A stretch of DNA of 64,000 nt from Candidatus Omnitrophota bacterium. GTDB lineage: Bacteria > Omnitrophota > Gorgyraeia > Zapsychrales > Fredricksoniimonadaceae. This document shows positions 52,645-64,000 of this stretch, piece after piece (position 1 is the stretch's first letter; every line of letters starts with the position of its first letter). The stretch covers positions 110,463-174,462 of the forward strand of contig JAGWOI010000002.1 of assembly GCA_028870995.1 (NCBI GenBank). Direction: 5' to 3'. A program made the translations under genes and the position numbers. The notes below the pieces were generated by a model, which was not told where the DNA came from, did no database searches, and saw only the letters and a list, made by a program, of their open reading frames with translations.

Positions 52645-52677
52645 AAAGGGGACACTTTAAAGTGTCCCCTTTTTTTT
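52645..52677 (+). terminator. Intrinsic terminator / perfect 28-bp palindrome (GGGGAC family)
   Basis: AAAGGGGACACTTT-AAAGTGTCCCCTTT followed by a T tract, just after the dsbA-like stop. Confidence 0.8.
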
Positions 52678-52700
52678 AGGCCTTTTAGCGGAATTGACCT

Positions 52701-55043
52701 ATGGCTGACGAGCAGTACGAGTTAAATATCATTTTACCGGTATTTAACGAAGCCAGGAATATCGAGGGCGTTCTTCGAGACGCCTGCGCGTTCATCCGGC
52801 GTGAGGGGACCAGGGCCCGTATTATCGTGATAGACGATGGCAGCAGCGACGCCACACCGCAGGTCCTGGAAGCGGCGGCCCTCTCCTGCCCGTACCTGCA
52901 GGTGATAAGACACCTTGAAAACCAGGGATACGGCGCCGCCTTGAGAAGCGGCATCAAAGCCGCCCAAGGCCGGTGGGTCCTTTTGATGGATGCCGACGGC
53001 CAGTTTGAGACAGGTTCCCTGAAAGACATCTGGCCCTGCAGGGCCCGGGCTGATTTTTGGCTGGGATACCGCAGGCAAAGGAAGGACAGTCTCTACAGAA
53101 AGTTTCTGGGCAGAGTCGGGAATGGGCTGGCTTCAGTCTTTTTGGGCCGTTCCATCCGCGACGTTAACTGCGGTTTTAAATTGTTTAAAAGGGAGCTTGT
53201 CCAAGACCTGGACCTGGCAGTCGAGGGCGGGGCCGTCAATTTCGAGATCCTGCAAAAGCTTTTTAAGACCCACCCTTCGGCGGTCATGCGGCAATTTGCG
53301 GTGACGCATCATCCCCGCCATTCAGGACTGTCCACCGGAGGCCGCCCGCAGGTCATTTTTAAGATCATCAAGGAGGGGGCGGGCATGCTGTTAAAAGAGA
53401 AGGGGATGGTTTTGGAGGGCCTCATTTTGATGGTCCTGCTCGCGGTACTGGCCGAGATTTCTTACAGCCATGCCGGAGAGGGGATTTCTGTTGTCAAATA
53501 TCATCTGCAATGGGGATCGGTCAATTTGTTGAAGAACTACGCCTTGTACCAGCATTCCTTTAGGGATTTTATATACCGCGGCTGTGCTTTTCATCAGGGC
53601 AATTCCGAAGCAGAATGGCGGACCGCGTTCTACCTGCTGCCGCTTTTCATTTTTTGCAGCTTTCTTGGGGGCTTGAGCCTCAAGACCATGTGCTGTTTTA
53701 CCATCACCGTTTCCCTTGTGACCCTGGTTTTGTTTTATGCCTGGGTCAGGACAATCTGGGGCAGGCAGGCCGCTTTTTTTGCCGCCCTGCTTTTCGGCTT
53801 TTCCGCGGTGTTCCAGGAGATCGCTAGGTCCGGCAGTTATGAGGCCTACAGCCTTATGGCGGCCATGGTCTGGATACTATATTTTTTCCGCATGAGCGCC
53901 TCCCCAAGCCCTGCCGGTTATCTAGGATTCGGCCTGATCACGGGATGGACATGGTACGGCTATGGCATCCTAAGGTGCCTGACGCCGGCAGCCCTGATTC
54001 AACTGCTGTCATTTAAGGATGAAAAGAAATGGAGATCGGTTGCGCTTTTTTTATCAGGCATGCTGGTTGTCATCGTACCGGGATTTTTGGTGATGTTAAG
54101 GATTTATCATAATGAGATCCCGCAGCGTCCTTTCAGTAGGTTGTTCTTTGACAGGGAAAACATCCACCGCTTTAAAGAGCTTGTGCTAAACCTCCAGTCC
54201 TTTGCCGGCTGCATGCTGGGCAGGGACCATTATATCGAACCTTTTGTCCGCGACACCTTCCATGCCCATTTTTGGAGCCCGTGGCTGGTTGTTCCCCTGG
54301 TGATGGGCATGGCAGCGGCCTTCAGGCAGCGCCGCCAGGCGGCCGGCCGGTCATTGCTGATATTGAGCGCCGTCATTTATCTGACCATGCCGCTGCTGAC
54401 ATCCCACATCGGTTATTGGCAGGCCAGGCGGTCACTGCTGTATGTTTTGCCCTCCTATTGCTTTATAGGGCTGGGGATGAAGCAGATTTTCGACGGGATA
54501 ATTCGCGTCGGCGGCCGGATCAAATGGACGGGAACCATTATTTTGGCCGGTGCCCTTGGCCTTATTCTTATATCAGAGGGAGGTATACTTCGCGGGCGCA
54601 TTCTGACGCGGCAGGACATAGGCCTTTTGCCTTTGGCCGAAAAGATCAGGGAGATGGGCCTTGAGGGTGATTTGTATTATGTGGAAAGAAAAAACCCCGG
54701 GTATTACACCAAGATGGGCGATGTGAGCATGGCTAGAGGAATAAATTCTTTATATGAGGCGGACTTTGAAAGCGATGTATTGAGCCTGGCGTTGATGGAT
54801 CACGGACAAACCCTGCCCACGGTCCGCGGTTTGGGCGTCAAAAGCCCTTTGCCTGCCGCCGCCCCTGCCCATTTTTATATTGTGCAAAGCCCCCTGGTCG
54901 CCGGGAATGAGTTTGAGCGCTGGTGTTCACGCAACCGGATCAGGCACCGCCTTATATTTGAACTTAAGCCGGTTGACCTGCCCCGGGGAGAAGCCCGGCT
55001 GGTCTGCGGCCCTTTCAAGCTTTTTGACGCCATCCGTGGGTGA
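52701..55043 (+). CDS. Fusion: GT2 polyprenol-P glycosyltransferase + ArnT/PMT-like (GT-C) membrane glycosyltransferase
   Basis: N-terminal ILPVFNE, IDDGSSD, NQGYGAAL, MDADGQF, DVNCGFKL; C-terminal multi-TM region with AALLF..S......R pattern. Confidence 0.8.
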   Translation: MADEQYELNIILPVFNEARNIEGVLRDACAFIRREGTRARIIVIDDGSSDATPQVLEAAALSCPYLQVIRHLENQGYGAALRSGIKAAQGRWVLLMDADGQFETGSLKDIWPCRARADFWLGYRRQRKDSLYRKFLGRVGNGLASVFLGRSIRDVNCGFKLFKRELVQDLDLAVEGGAVNFEILQKLFKTHPSAVMRQFAVTHHPRHSGLSTGGRPQVIFKIIKEGAGMLLKEKGMVLEGLILMVLLAVLAEISYSHAGEGISVVKYHLQWGSVNLLKNYALYQHSFRDFIYRGCAFHQGNSEAEWRTAFYLLPLFIFCSFLGGLSLKTMCCFTITVSLVTLVLFYAWVRTIWGRQAAFFAALLFGFSAVFQEIARSGSYEAYSLMAAMVWILYFFRMSASPSPAGYLGFGLITGWTWYGYGILRCLTPAALIQLLSFKDEKKWRSVALFLSGMLVVIVPGFLVMLRIYHNEIPQRPFSRLFFDRENIHRFKELVLNLQSFAGCMLGRDHYIEPFVRDTFHAHFWSPWLVVPLVMGMAAAFRQRRQAAGRSLLILSAVIYLTMPLLTSHIGYWQARRSLLYVLPSYCFIGLGMKQIFDGIIRVGGRIKWTGTIILAGALGLILISEGGILRGRILTRQDIGLLPLAEKIREMGLEGDLYYVERKNPGYYTKMGDVSMARGINSLYEADFESDVLSLALMDHGQTLPTVRGLGVKSPLPAAAPAHFYIVQSPLVAGNEFERWCSRNRIRHRLIFELKPVDLPRGEARLVCGPFKLFDAIRG

Positions 55044-55059
55044 TCCCCAAGAATTTTCC

Positions 55060-55088
55060 TTTGCAAAAAAAACATTTTAGTGTATAGT
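55060..55088 (+). promoter_or_regulatory. Putative sigma70 promoter for the L27-like/glmS/rsmI cluster
   Basis: TTGCAA, 16 nt spacer, TATAGT; GGGAGG RBS downstream. Confidence 0.5.
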
Positions 55089-55123
55089 GTAGCCTCTTTG
55101 AAGAAAGGGAGGTTTTTAAACAT

Positions 55124-55369
55124 ATGGGTGGTCGCGTAGGTGGAATTACAAGTAAATATTATTACGAAACCGCAGGCATCAAGGTCTCTGGGGGCCAGAA
55201 GGTCAAAGCCGGGACTATTTTGACCCGTCAAGGCAACCAGTGGAAACCCGGCCTTAACGTGATCGGCCGCAGTTCATTGACGGCTGCGTGCGATGGCGAA
55301 GTTTATTTTACCCGCCGTAAAAACAGTTATAACAAGGTCATCACGCTCATTAACGTTAAGCCTTCGTAA
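55124..55369 (+). CDS. rpmA: Divergent 50S ribosomal protein L27
   Basis: GIKVSGGQKVKAGTILTRQ, KPGLNV, L.A.CDG.V.F and INV match the L27 core; the N-terminus is atypical. Confidence 0.8.
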   Translation: MGGRVGGITSKYYYETAGIKVSGGQKVKAGTILTRQGNQWKPGLNVIGRSSLTAACDGEVYFTRRKNSYNKVITLINVKPS

Positions 55370-55399
55370 ACGTTCGTCTACTTCAAGAATCAAATACCT

Positions 55400-57229
55400 A
55401 TGTGCGGGATTGTCGGCTACGTCGGAAATAAGGACGCTGTGCCCATATTGCTCGAGAGCCTCAAAAAACTCGAGTACCGCGGGTATGACTCCAGCGGTGT
55501 GGGGTTTTTAGACCATGATGCCCGGCTGATCGTCCATAAATCCAAGGGCAAGATCCGCAATTTGGAAGAGTTGCTGGCAAGCCACACCCTGCCTCTGGCC
55601 CATGCCGGCATTTCGCATACCCGCTGGGCCACCCACGGCCTTCCCTGCGACACCAATGCCCATCCGCATACAGACAGCAAACATACCATTGCCGTTGTTC
55701 ATAACGGTATCATTGAGAATTATCAGGAACTCAAAGCGGAATTAAAGAAAAAAGGCTGCCACTTTACCTCCGAGACGGATTCGGAAGTCGTACCTCAGCT
55801 GATCGCCCATTTCTATAAAGGGGACTTGCTGGCCGCCGTGCGTCAGGCCATTGCCAAATTAAAAGGCACCTTTGCCTTGGGGATCATCAGCCGGGAGCAT
55901 CACGGCTTGCTGATCGCCGCGCGCGTGGGGTCGCCGCTGATCGTCGGCATCGGGGACAACGAGAATTTTATTGCTTCGGACGTGCCGGCCATCCTGGAGT
56001 TTACCCGCCGGGTGATTTACCTGAAAGACCGCCAGATCGCGGTCTTGACCAAGGACAAGGCGGAAGTCTACAGCTTTGAAGGCAAAAAAGCCACCCCCGT
56101 CATCGACACGGTTTCCTTTAACGTGACCGCGGCCCGTAAGGACGGCTTCGCACACTTTATGCTCAAGGAGATCCATGAGCAGCCGGAAGTGCTTGCACAG
56201 ATGCTGGCCCTGCGGTTGAAGAACAAGCAGCTATCGCTGGAAGGTCTTCAGCTTCCTGATGCTGTGTTAAAGCGGACGGCGAAGGTTGTGGTGGTGGCTT
56301 GCGGCACCGCCTATCATGCAGGCCTTGTGGGTAAATATATCATCGAGACCCTGGCGCGCCTCCCGGTCGAATGCGACACCTCCAGTGAATTCCGTTACCG
56401 TAACCCCATCATCGACAAGAACACCCTGGTCATTGCCGTCAGCCAGTCAGGGGAGACCGCGGATACCCTGGCGGCCGTGCGTGAAGCGCGCGCGAAGGGT
56501 GCTAAAGTGATTGCCATTTGCAACGTGGTGGGATCGTCTCTGGCACGCGAGTCCGACAGTATTCTGTACACCTATGCCGGCCAGGAGATCGGGGTTGCGT
56601 CCACCAAGGCCTATACCGCCCAACTGATGATGTTTTACCTGCTGGCCTTGAAATTGGCCCAGGTGCGCAAGACCTTAAAACCTCAAGAGTGGAAAAGTTT
56701 GGTCAATCATTTGGTGCGCGTACCGTCCTTATACAAGACCATCTTGAAGGGTATCCACCATATTCAAAAGGTGGCGGAGGCCAACTCGCATTTTGGCTGT
56801 TTCCTGTTCTTAGGCCGTCATGTGAATTTTCCCTCGGCCTTGGAAGGCGCCTTGAAGCTCAAGGAAATTTCCTACGTCCCGGCGGAAGGCTACGCGGCCG
56901 GCGAGATGAAGCACGGCCCCATCGCCTTGATCGATGAATACCGTGCCGTGGTATGCATCAATCCCAAATCCCATGTCCATGAAAAGATGTTTTCCAACAT
57001 CCAGGAGATCAAGGCCAGGCGCGGCAACATCATCGCGATTGTCACCAAGGGCGATAAGGAAATCAAATCCCATGCCGACTTTACCATCGAAATGCCGGAC
57101 ATCCCCGAGCTTTTAAGCCCGCTTTTGGCGGCGTTACCGCTGCAGATGCTGGCCTATTTCATTGCCGTCAAACGCGGCTGCGATGTGGACCAACCGCGTA
57201 ACCTGGCGAAATCTGTGACGGTGGAATAA
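55400..57229 (+). CDS. glmS: Glutamine--fructose-6-phosphate aminotransferase
   Basis: MCGIVG, LEYRGYDS, HTRWATHG, SQSGETAD, EMKHGPIAL, PRNLAKSVTVE. Confidence 0.99.
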   Translation: MCGIVGYVGNKDAVPILLESLKKLEYRGYDSSGVGFLDHDARLIVHKSKGKIRNLEELLASHTLPLAHAGISHTRWATHGLPCDTNAHPHTDSKHTIAVVHNGIIENYQELKAELKKKGCHFTSETDSEVVPQLIAHFYKGDLLAAVRQAIAKLKGTFALGIISREHHGLLIAARVGSPLIVGIGDNENFIASDVPAILEFTRRVIYLKDRQIAVLTKDKAEVYSFEGKKATPVIDTVSFNVTAARKDGFAHFMLKEIHEQPEVLAQMLALRLKNKQLSLEGLQLPDAVLKRTAKVVVVACGTAYHAGLVGKYIIETLARLPVECDTSSEFRYRNPIIDKNTLVIAVSQSGETADTLAAVREARAKGAKVIAICNVVGSSLARESDSILYTYAGQEIGVASTKAYTAQLMMFYLLALKLAQVRKTLKPQEWKSLVNHLVRVPSLYKTILKGIHHIQKVAEANSHFGCFLFLGRHVNFPSALEGALKLKEISYVPAEGYAAGEMKHGPIALIDEYRAVVCINPKSHVHEKMFSNIQEIKARRGNIIAIVTKGDKEIKSHADFTIEMPDIPELLSPLLAALPLQMLAYFIAVKRGCDVDQPRNLAKSVTVE

Positions 57230-57234
57230 ACAGG

Positions 57235-57256
57235 AAAAAGGGGACTGTCCCTTTTT
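57235..57256. repeat. GGGAC/GTCCC palindromic element (possible terminator)
   Basis: AAAAAGGGGACTGTCCCTTTTT fills the glmS-rsmI gap. Confidence 0.6.
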
Positions 57257-57916
57257 ATGCTTTATATTGTTTCTACTCCCATCGGCAACCTTAAGGACAT
57301 CACTTTAAGGGCCATCGAAACCCTTAAATCCGTTGACCTGATCGCCGCCGAAGACACCCGCCACACCAAGATCCTTCTTGATACCCATCAAATCCAAAAA
57401 CCCCTGACCTCCTTTTTTGAACACAATCAGCTTAAGAAAGCCGCACAGCTGATCGGCCTGCTCAAGGAAGGCAAGGCCGTTGCCCTGGTCACGGATGCCG
57501 GCACACCGGGCATCAGCGATCCTGGTTTTTCGCTGGTTCGCCTGGCCATGGAGAATGCTATTCCCATTACCGTCGTTCCCGGCGTCAGCGCCTGTGTTGC
57601 GGCCTTGACAGCATCAGGCTTGCCGTCGCACCGTTTCCTTTTCGAGGGGTTCCTGCCGCCCAAAAGCGGCAGCCGGCGCAATAAGCTGCTGGCTTTAAAA
57701 GATTTTGAGGGAACGGTTGTCTTTTATGAATCGCCCCACCGCCTGTTGAAGACGCTGGAGGATATGCGCCAGGTTTGGGATGACCCGGTCATCGTCGTGG
57801 CCCGCGAGCTTACCAAGAAATTTGAAGAGATCCGCCGGGACAAAGCCAGCGGCCTGCTGGAACATTTTCATGCCCATCCGCCCAAAGGCGAATTTGTTTT
57901 GTTGAGAAACGCCTAA
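57257..57916 (+). CDS. rsmI: 16S rRNA (cytidine1402-2'-O)-methyltransferase
   Basis: LYIVSTPIGNLKDITLRA, EDTRHT, DAGTPGISDPG, YESPHR, RELTKKFEE. Confidence 0.96.
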   Translation: MLYIVSTPIGNLKDITLRAIETLKSVDLIAAEDTRHTKILLDTHQIQKPLTSFFEHNQLKKAAQLIGLLKEGKAVALVTDAGTPGISDPGFSLVRLAMENAIPITVVPGVSACVAALTASGLPSHRFLFEGFLPPKSGSRRNKLLALKDFEGTVVFYESPHRLLKTLEDMRQVWDDPVIVVARELTKKFEEIRRDKASGLLEHFHAHPPKGEFVLLRNA

Positions 57917-57929
57917 GGCTCCTGCCCGA

Positions 57930-58421
57930 TCAATAACTGCACAAGACTGAGGAGTAAACGTTGGTGGTGGCCGAAGATTGGAAGGAGTCCACAAGGTCAG
58001 AGTTGCTTACGCTGCTGCTGGTGCCGCCGCCGGTTGTTAAATATGCATACCCGGTCGGGAGAGTGGTGGGCAGGCAGCTAAGGTTGCCTGGGGTGGGGGT
58101 ACAATCGGAAGAACACGAAAACGGGGAGATGTTCCCTGTGCAGAAATAGTTATAACATTGCTGGGGATAAATGCTGGGCGTGCCGCCTTTACAGACATAG
58201 ATCGTTCCCGACGTGTCCGCGAAAAGCATGCCGTCGGGATTGCCGGTACAGGCATTGGAAACATTGGGAGCCGGAAAGGTATGGGATAATTTGATCATTT
58301 GATAATTCGATGAGGGCGCGGGATAGTAGGTGGTCAATTGGGTGGATCCTGTGCCGGCAAACGCAAAACCGGCAGGTGTAATGCCTAAACCGAGAATAAC
58401 AACCAGGGCGTATTTTTTCAT
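57930..58421 (-). CDS. Secreted Cys-rich YPxP-family protein
   Basis: Signal peptide (AFA), LTTYYPAPSSNY, C..G..F.D..G.IYVC..G..YPQQCYNYFC. Confidence 0.75.
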   Translation of the reverse strand: MKKYALVVILGLGITPAGFAFAGTGSTQLTTYYPAPSSNYQMIKLSHTFPAPNVSNACTGNPDGMLFADTSGTIYVCKGGTPSIYPQQCYNYFCTGNISPFSCSSDCTPTPGNLSCLPTTLPTGYAYLTTGGGTSSSVSNSDLVDSFQSSATTNVYSSVLCSY

Positions 58422-58882
58422 GGTTTCACCGTTGAGCCGGAAGTGCAGCAGACGATGGAATAAATATTGGTGCCATTCGATGTGAAGGTGTCGTAGTTAT
58501 TTGATGCTCCATTGATGCTTGCCAGGGCAAATCCTGTGGGGCACGGATTAGGAGAACCGGTGGTAAATTTACTGTTGCAGCTGGCATCAGTACTGGAGCA
58601 ATACCGGTTAAAACAAGTTTCATTGTAAGGAACAGACACATGGCTTGCCCCGTTGGAGGCGCATAAAATCAAGTCGGATCCATTTTGGTAAACAACGCCT
58701 TTATTGGTAGCTGACGTGCAGTCTGGTGCCGATGGGGGAGCAGACAGGGTGAGCTTGTTGTAGCTGCCCACTGGAGCAGGGTAATTGGTATTATAGATCA
58801 AATTGCCGGCAAGGGCATCGGCCGCAGCTGTGCAAAGGCACAGGATCAAGGCAAGCGAGAAGTTTTTTATAGTCCAAAACAT
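58418..58882 (-). CDS. Secreted Cys-rich YPxP-family protein (paralogue)
   Basis: Signal peptide (ALA), YNTNYPAPVGSYNKLTL, NKG..LILC..YNETCFNRYC; ATGA overlap with the next gene. Confidence 0.75.
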   Translation of the reverse strand: MFWTIKNFSLALILCLCTAAADALAGNLIYNTNYPAPVGSYNKLTLSAPPSAPDCTSATNKGVVYQNGSDLILCASNGASHVSVPYNETCFNRYCSSTDASCNSKFTTGSPNPCPTGFALASINGASNNYDTFTSNGTNIYSIVCCTSGSTVKP

Positions 58883-58979
58883 GCCAATTTAAATATATAT
58901 CATCCTATCACCCCGCGCAACCCAAATTCCGGGTATTAGGTTTATTTTTAATAAAAATTAAATATAATAAGAAGCGTTG

Positions 58980-59690
58980 ATGGACAACCCCAAAGATAAT
59001 GAGCTAAGCATCGTCCTGCCGGTCTTCAATGAGGAGGATGTCATTGAAAGAACCATCCGGGAGATAGAAGCCTACACCCTTCGTTTTATAGGTAAGGCGG
59101 AAATTATTGCTGTCAATGACGGCAGCACCGACGGCACCGCGAAGGTTCTGGATAGGTTAAGCCGCACGCTGCCTAATTTGAAAGTAGTCACGCACGAGCA
59201 GAATAGAGGATATGGGGGCGCTCTTTATTCCGGCATTAAAGCGGTGAGCAGTCACTGGATGCTGCTGATGGACCCGGATGGACAATTCCATATTGATTCA
59301 TTAAATGAGATATGGCCGCATAGACATGATCACGAAGTGCTGTTAGGGTACCGGCAAAAAAGAGGGGACAACCTGTACCGGGTTGCCCTGGGCAGGTTGT
59401 CCAACACCATTTTAAATTCATTTTTGAGCCGCCATATAAACGATCTCGATTGCGGTTTTAAAATTTTTAAGAGCGACCTTATCCGGGAAGTGCCTTTATC
59501 GTCAAGAGGCGGAGCAATCAACTTTGAAATAATCCACTATCTCCTAAGAAAATTTCCATCCATTAAGATTTATCAATATCCGGTAAGGCATTATCCTCGC
59601 GAAACGGGCAAGGCCAAAGGAGGTACGCCTAAAAAAATATTGAGGATGGCTTTCGAGGGTTTAAGGATCGTTTTTAGAACAAGAGGCTAG
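58980..59690 (+). CDS. GT2 polyprenol-phosphate glycosyltransferase
   Basis: IVLPVFNEE, NDGSTD, NRGYGGAL, MDPDGQF, DLDCGFKIF; clearly paralogous to the N-terminal domain of 52701-55043. Confidence 0.9.
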   Translation: MDNPKDNELSIVLPVFNEEDVIERTIREIEAYTLRFIGKAEIIAVNDGSTDGTAKVLDRLSRTLPNLKVVTHEQNRGYGGALYSGIKAVSSHWMLLMDPDGQFHIDSLNEIWPHRHDHEVLLGYRQKRGDNLYRVALGRLSNTILNSFLSRHINDLDCGFKIFKSDLIREVPLSSRGGAINFEIIHYLLRKFPSIKIYQYPVRHYPRETGKAKGGTPKKILRMAFEGLRIVFRTRG

Positions 59691-59697
59691 GGGGCTC

Positions 59698-59970
59698 ATG
59701 TATTTCTACAATTTTCATATTGATGCTTGGACAATCATAGGCCTGGCCGGCCAATTTTTGTTTTTCCTGAGTTTTGCGGTTCAATGGTACCGCTCCGAAC
59801 AGGCCAAGCGCAGCATCCTGCCCCAAGAATTTTGGCTGTTGCGATTGATTGCGTCATTGCTTTTGATCGCATATGTCCTGCATCGACGGGATATTGTCTT
59901 TTTAATAGCCGCCATTCTTCAAATTATTTTTTATTTGAGGAATATTATTTTGATAAAAGGGCAGGAGTAA
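59698..59970 (+). CDS. Lipid-A-disaccharide synthase N-terminal (LAB_N) domain membrane protein
   Basis: IIGLAGQFLFF..F.VQW..SE....S..P..FW, R.DIVF. Confidence 0.85.
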   Translation: MYFYNFHIDAWTIIGLAGQFLFFLSFAVQWYRSEQAKRSILPQEFWLLRLIASLLLIAYVLHRRDIVFLIAAILQIIFYLRNIILIKGQE

Positions 59971-60093
59971 CGCCTCATTATTTCCCCGCAAGGCCCGCAA
60001 TGCAATAATACCCGCCTTTTAGAAGTTAATTCAGCTGTATTTTTCTTGAAATTTAAGAACAACAGAGGAAGGTTTTAAGAAAATTTTGGATTG

Positions 60094-62313
<2,220 letters not shown>

Positions 62314-62380
62314 TTAAAGCCCATTTTATGATACTGATTAAAGTATAAAATATAAGAATAGTTTAATCAAACAAGAATTT

Positions 62381-62797
62381 TTAATTTTGAAGAGTATTCA
62401 TAATCTCTGTATTATCGAAAGTTTGGCCATTACCTGAAGGGCTGACAACGGCATTATCGCCTATGAAGGTCCCGGTATCCGTAAGGTTGGCGGGTCCTTG
62501 GTTATCGGTGGAATCAGTGGAGATGTCTGCGGGGGTATTGTCTGTGGAAGTGTCGGTATTGGCGGGGGCAATGTTGGCATCCATTGAAGGGACGCGGGTG
62601 TCCGGGACGCTGGAGTCCACGGGATTGGCGGCCGAGTTGTCCGTGGCCGCCTCGGTGTCCGCCGGCAGAGAGGCGGTGTTTACAGCCGCATTATCTACCG
62701 CATCAGCTGCATCTTCCGGGGTTTGCGCATGCGCGGCAAGGGCCGGTAAAAAGGCGAAGCCCAGGCAAAGAACGATATGGACAAAAGATTTTTTCAT
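62381..62797 (-). CDS. Secreted acidic Asp/Thr/Ala-rich low-complexity protein
   Basis: MKKSFVHIVLCLGFAFLPALAAHA signal, then D/T/N/A-rich disordered sequence. Confidence 0.65.
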   Translation of the reverse strand: MKKSFVHIVLCLGFAFLPALAAHAQTPEDAADAVDNAAVNTASLPADTEAATDNSAANPVDSSVPDTRVPSMDANIAPANTDTSTDNTPADISTDSTDNQGPANLTDTGTFIGDNAVVSPSGNGQTFDNTEIMNTLQN

Positions 62798-62858
62798 TAG
62801 CGCAAGATTATAAACCAAGTAAAATCCGGAATCAATGTAAATGTTCCAAGGACCACCC

Positions 62859-62887
62859 TTGACATAAACGCTTGAGAGTGATATATT
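62859..62887 (+). promoter_or_regulatory. sigma70 promoter of the pyr operon
   Basis: TTGACA, 17 nt spacer, TATATT, with an extended -10 TG. Confidence 0.75.
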
Positions 62888-62902
62888 TTAAAAAATTTGT
62901 TA

Positions 62903-62936
62903 AACCTTTAATCCGGCCCCGCGAGGCTGGAAAGGG
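62903..62936 (+). promoter_or_regulatory. PyrR-binding RNA element (anti-antiterminator)
   Basis: CCTTTAA-TCCGGCCCCGCGAGGCTGG-AAAGG resembles the CUUUAA plus ARUCCNGNGAGGYU consensus stem-loop, upstream of pyrR. Confidence 0.8.
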
Positions 62937-62956
62937 AATATGAACAGCTTCTTTAG

Positions 62957-63607
<651 letters not shown>

Positions 63608-63679
63608 AAACTTTTTAAGGAAGCGGCACCGTTCTAGTATGAAAAAATTATTAGTTTCGTGGAAGGGAGGCATGAACGT

Positions 63680-64000
63680 ATGAGCTGGAAACACAAGCAC
63701 TTGTTGGGCCTTCAGGATTTAAGCCGTCAGGATATCGAACTTGTCCTGGAGACCGCTAAATCCTTCAAGGAGGTCTCCAGCCGCGACATCAAGAAGGTGC
63801 CGGCCCTGCGCGGCAAGACGGTCGTGACCCTCTTTTTTGAAGCGTCCACCCGCACGCGCATTTCCTTTGAACTCGCGGCCAAGCGCCTTTCGGCGGACAC
63901 GCTTAACATCGCCGCCAGCGTTTCCTCAACGAGTAAGGGCGAGACCCTGCTGGACACTGCCCGCAACATCGAAGCCATGAACGTGGACGCCATGGTGGTG
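63680..64000 (+). CDS. pyrB: Aspartate carbamoyltransferase catalytic subunit (3'-truncated by window edge)
   Basis: [56 protein letters not shown]. Confidence 0.96.
   Translation, partial: MSWKHKHLLGLQDLSRQDIELVLETAKSFKEVSSRDIKKVPALRGKTVVTLFFEASTRTRISFELAAKRLSADTLNIAASVSSTSKGETLLDTARNIEAMNVDAMVV

Noticed and set aside
55370-55399. glmS ribozyme
   Set aside because: Only 30 nt separate the L27-like gene from glmS, leaving no room for the ribozyme.

Overview
Bacterial chromosomal window, most likely from Ca. Omnitrophota (PVC superphylum). This is an inference from the giant gene and the 'TTYYPAP' protein family; no database was searched. The first 43 kb is one uninterrupted ORF of more than 14,400 aa whose frame is already open at the window edge. 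It reads as a chain of modules separated by transmembrane or signal-peptide-like segments. The first part has two six-hairpin glycosidase-like domains flanking a YD/RHS-like beta-rich region, then a multi-TM processive GT2 polysaccharide-synthase-like module. It continues with a PTS Enzyme I domain, a polyprenol-P glycosyltransferase, an NDP kinase and a HAD-IIB/PMM-like domain. After these come a complete-looking embedded secreted glycosidase-like protein, a HIT GDP-hexose-phosphorylase-like domain, a VTC domain, an adenylate kinase, four sigma70 region-4-like repeats and a Trp-rich tail. A stand-alone PilZ gene follows 16 nt after the stop codon. The rest is housekeeping and envelope genes: mutL, mutS, sixA, trmB, a D,D-carboxypeptidase, a DsbA-like protein, a GT2/GT-C fusion, a divergent L27, glmS, rsmI, and pyrR-pyrB with a PyrR attenuator. 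A small surface-protein island holds three Cys-rich YPxP paralogues, one with about 140 proline-free Gly-X-Y triplets. Short GGGAC/GTCCC palindromic repeats are scattered through the housekeeping region. No CRISPR, rRNA, tRNA or transposase was recognised. All domain calls come from motif recognition by eye.
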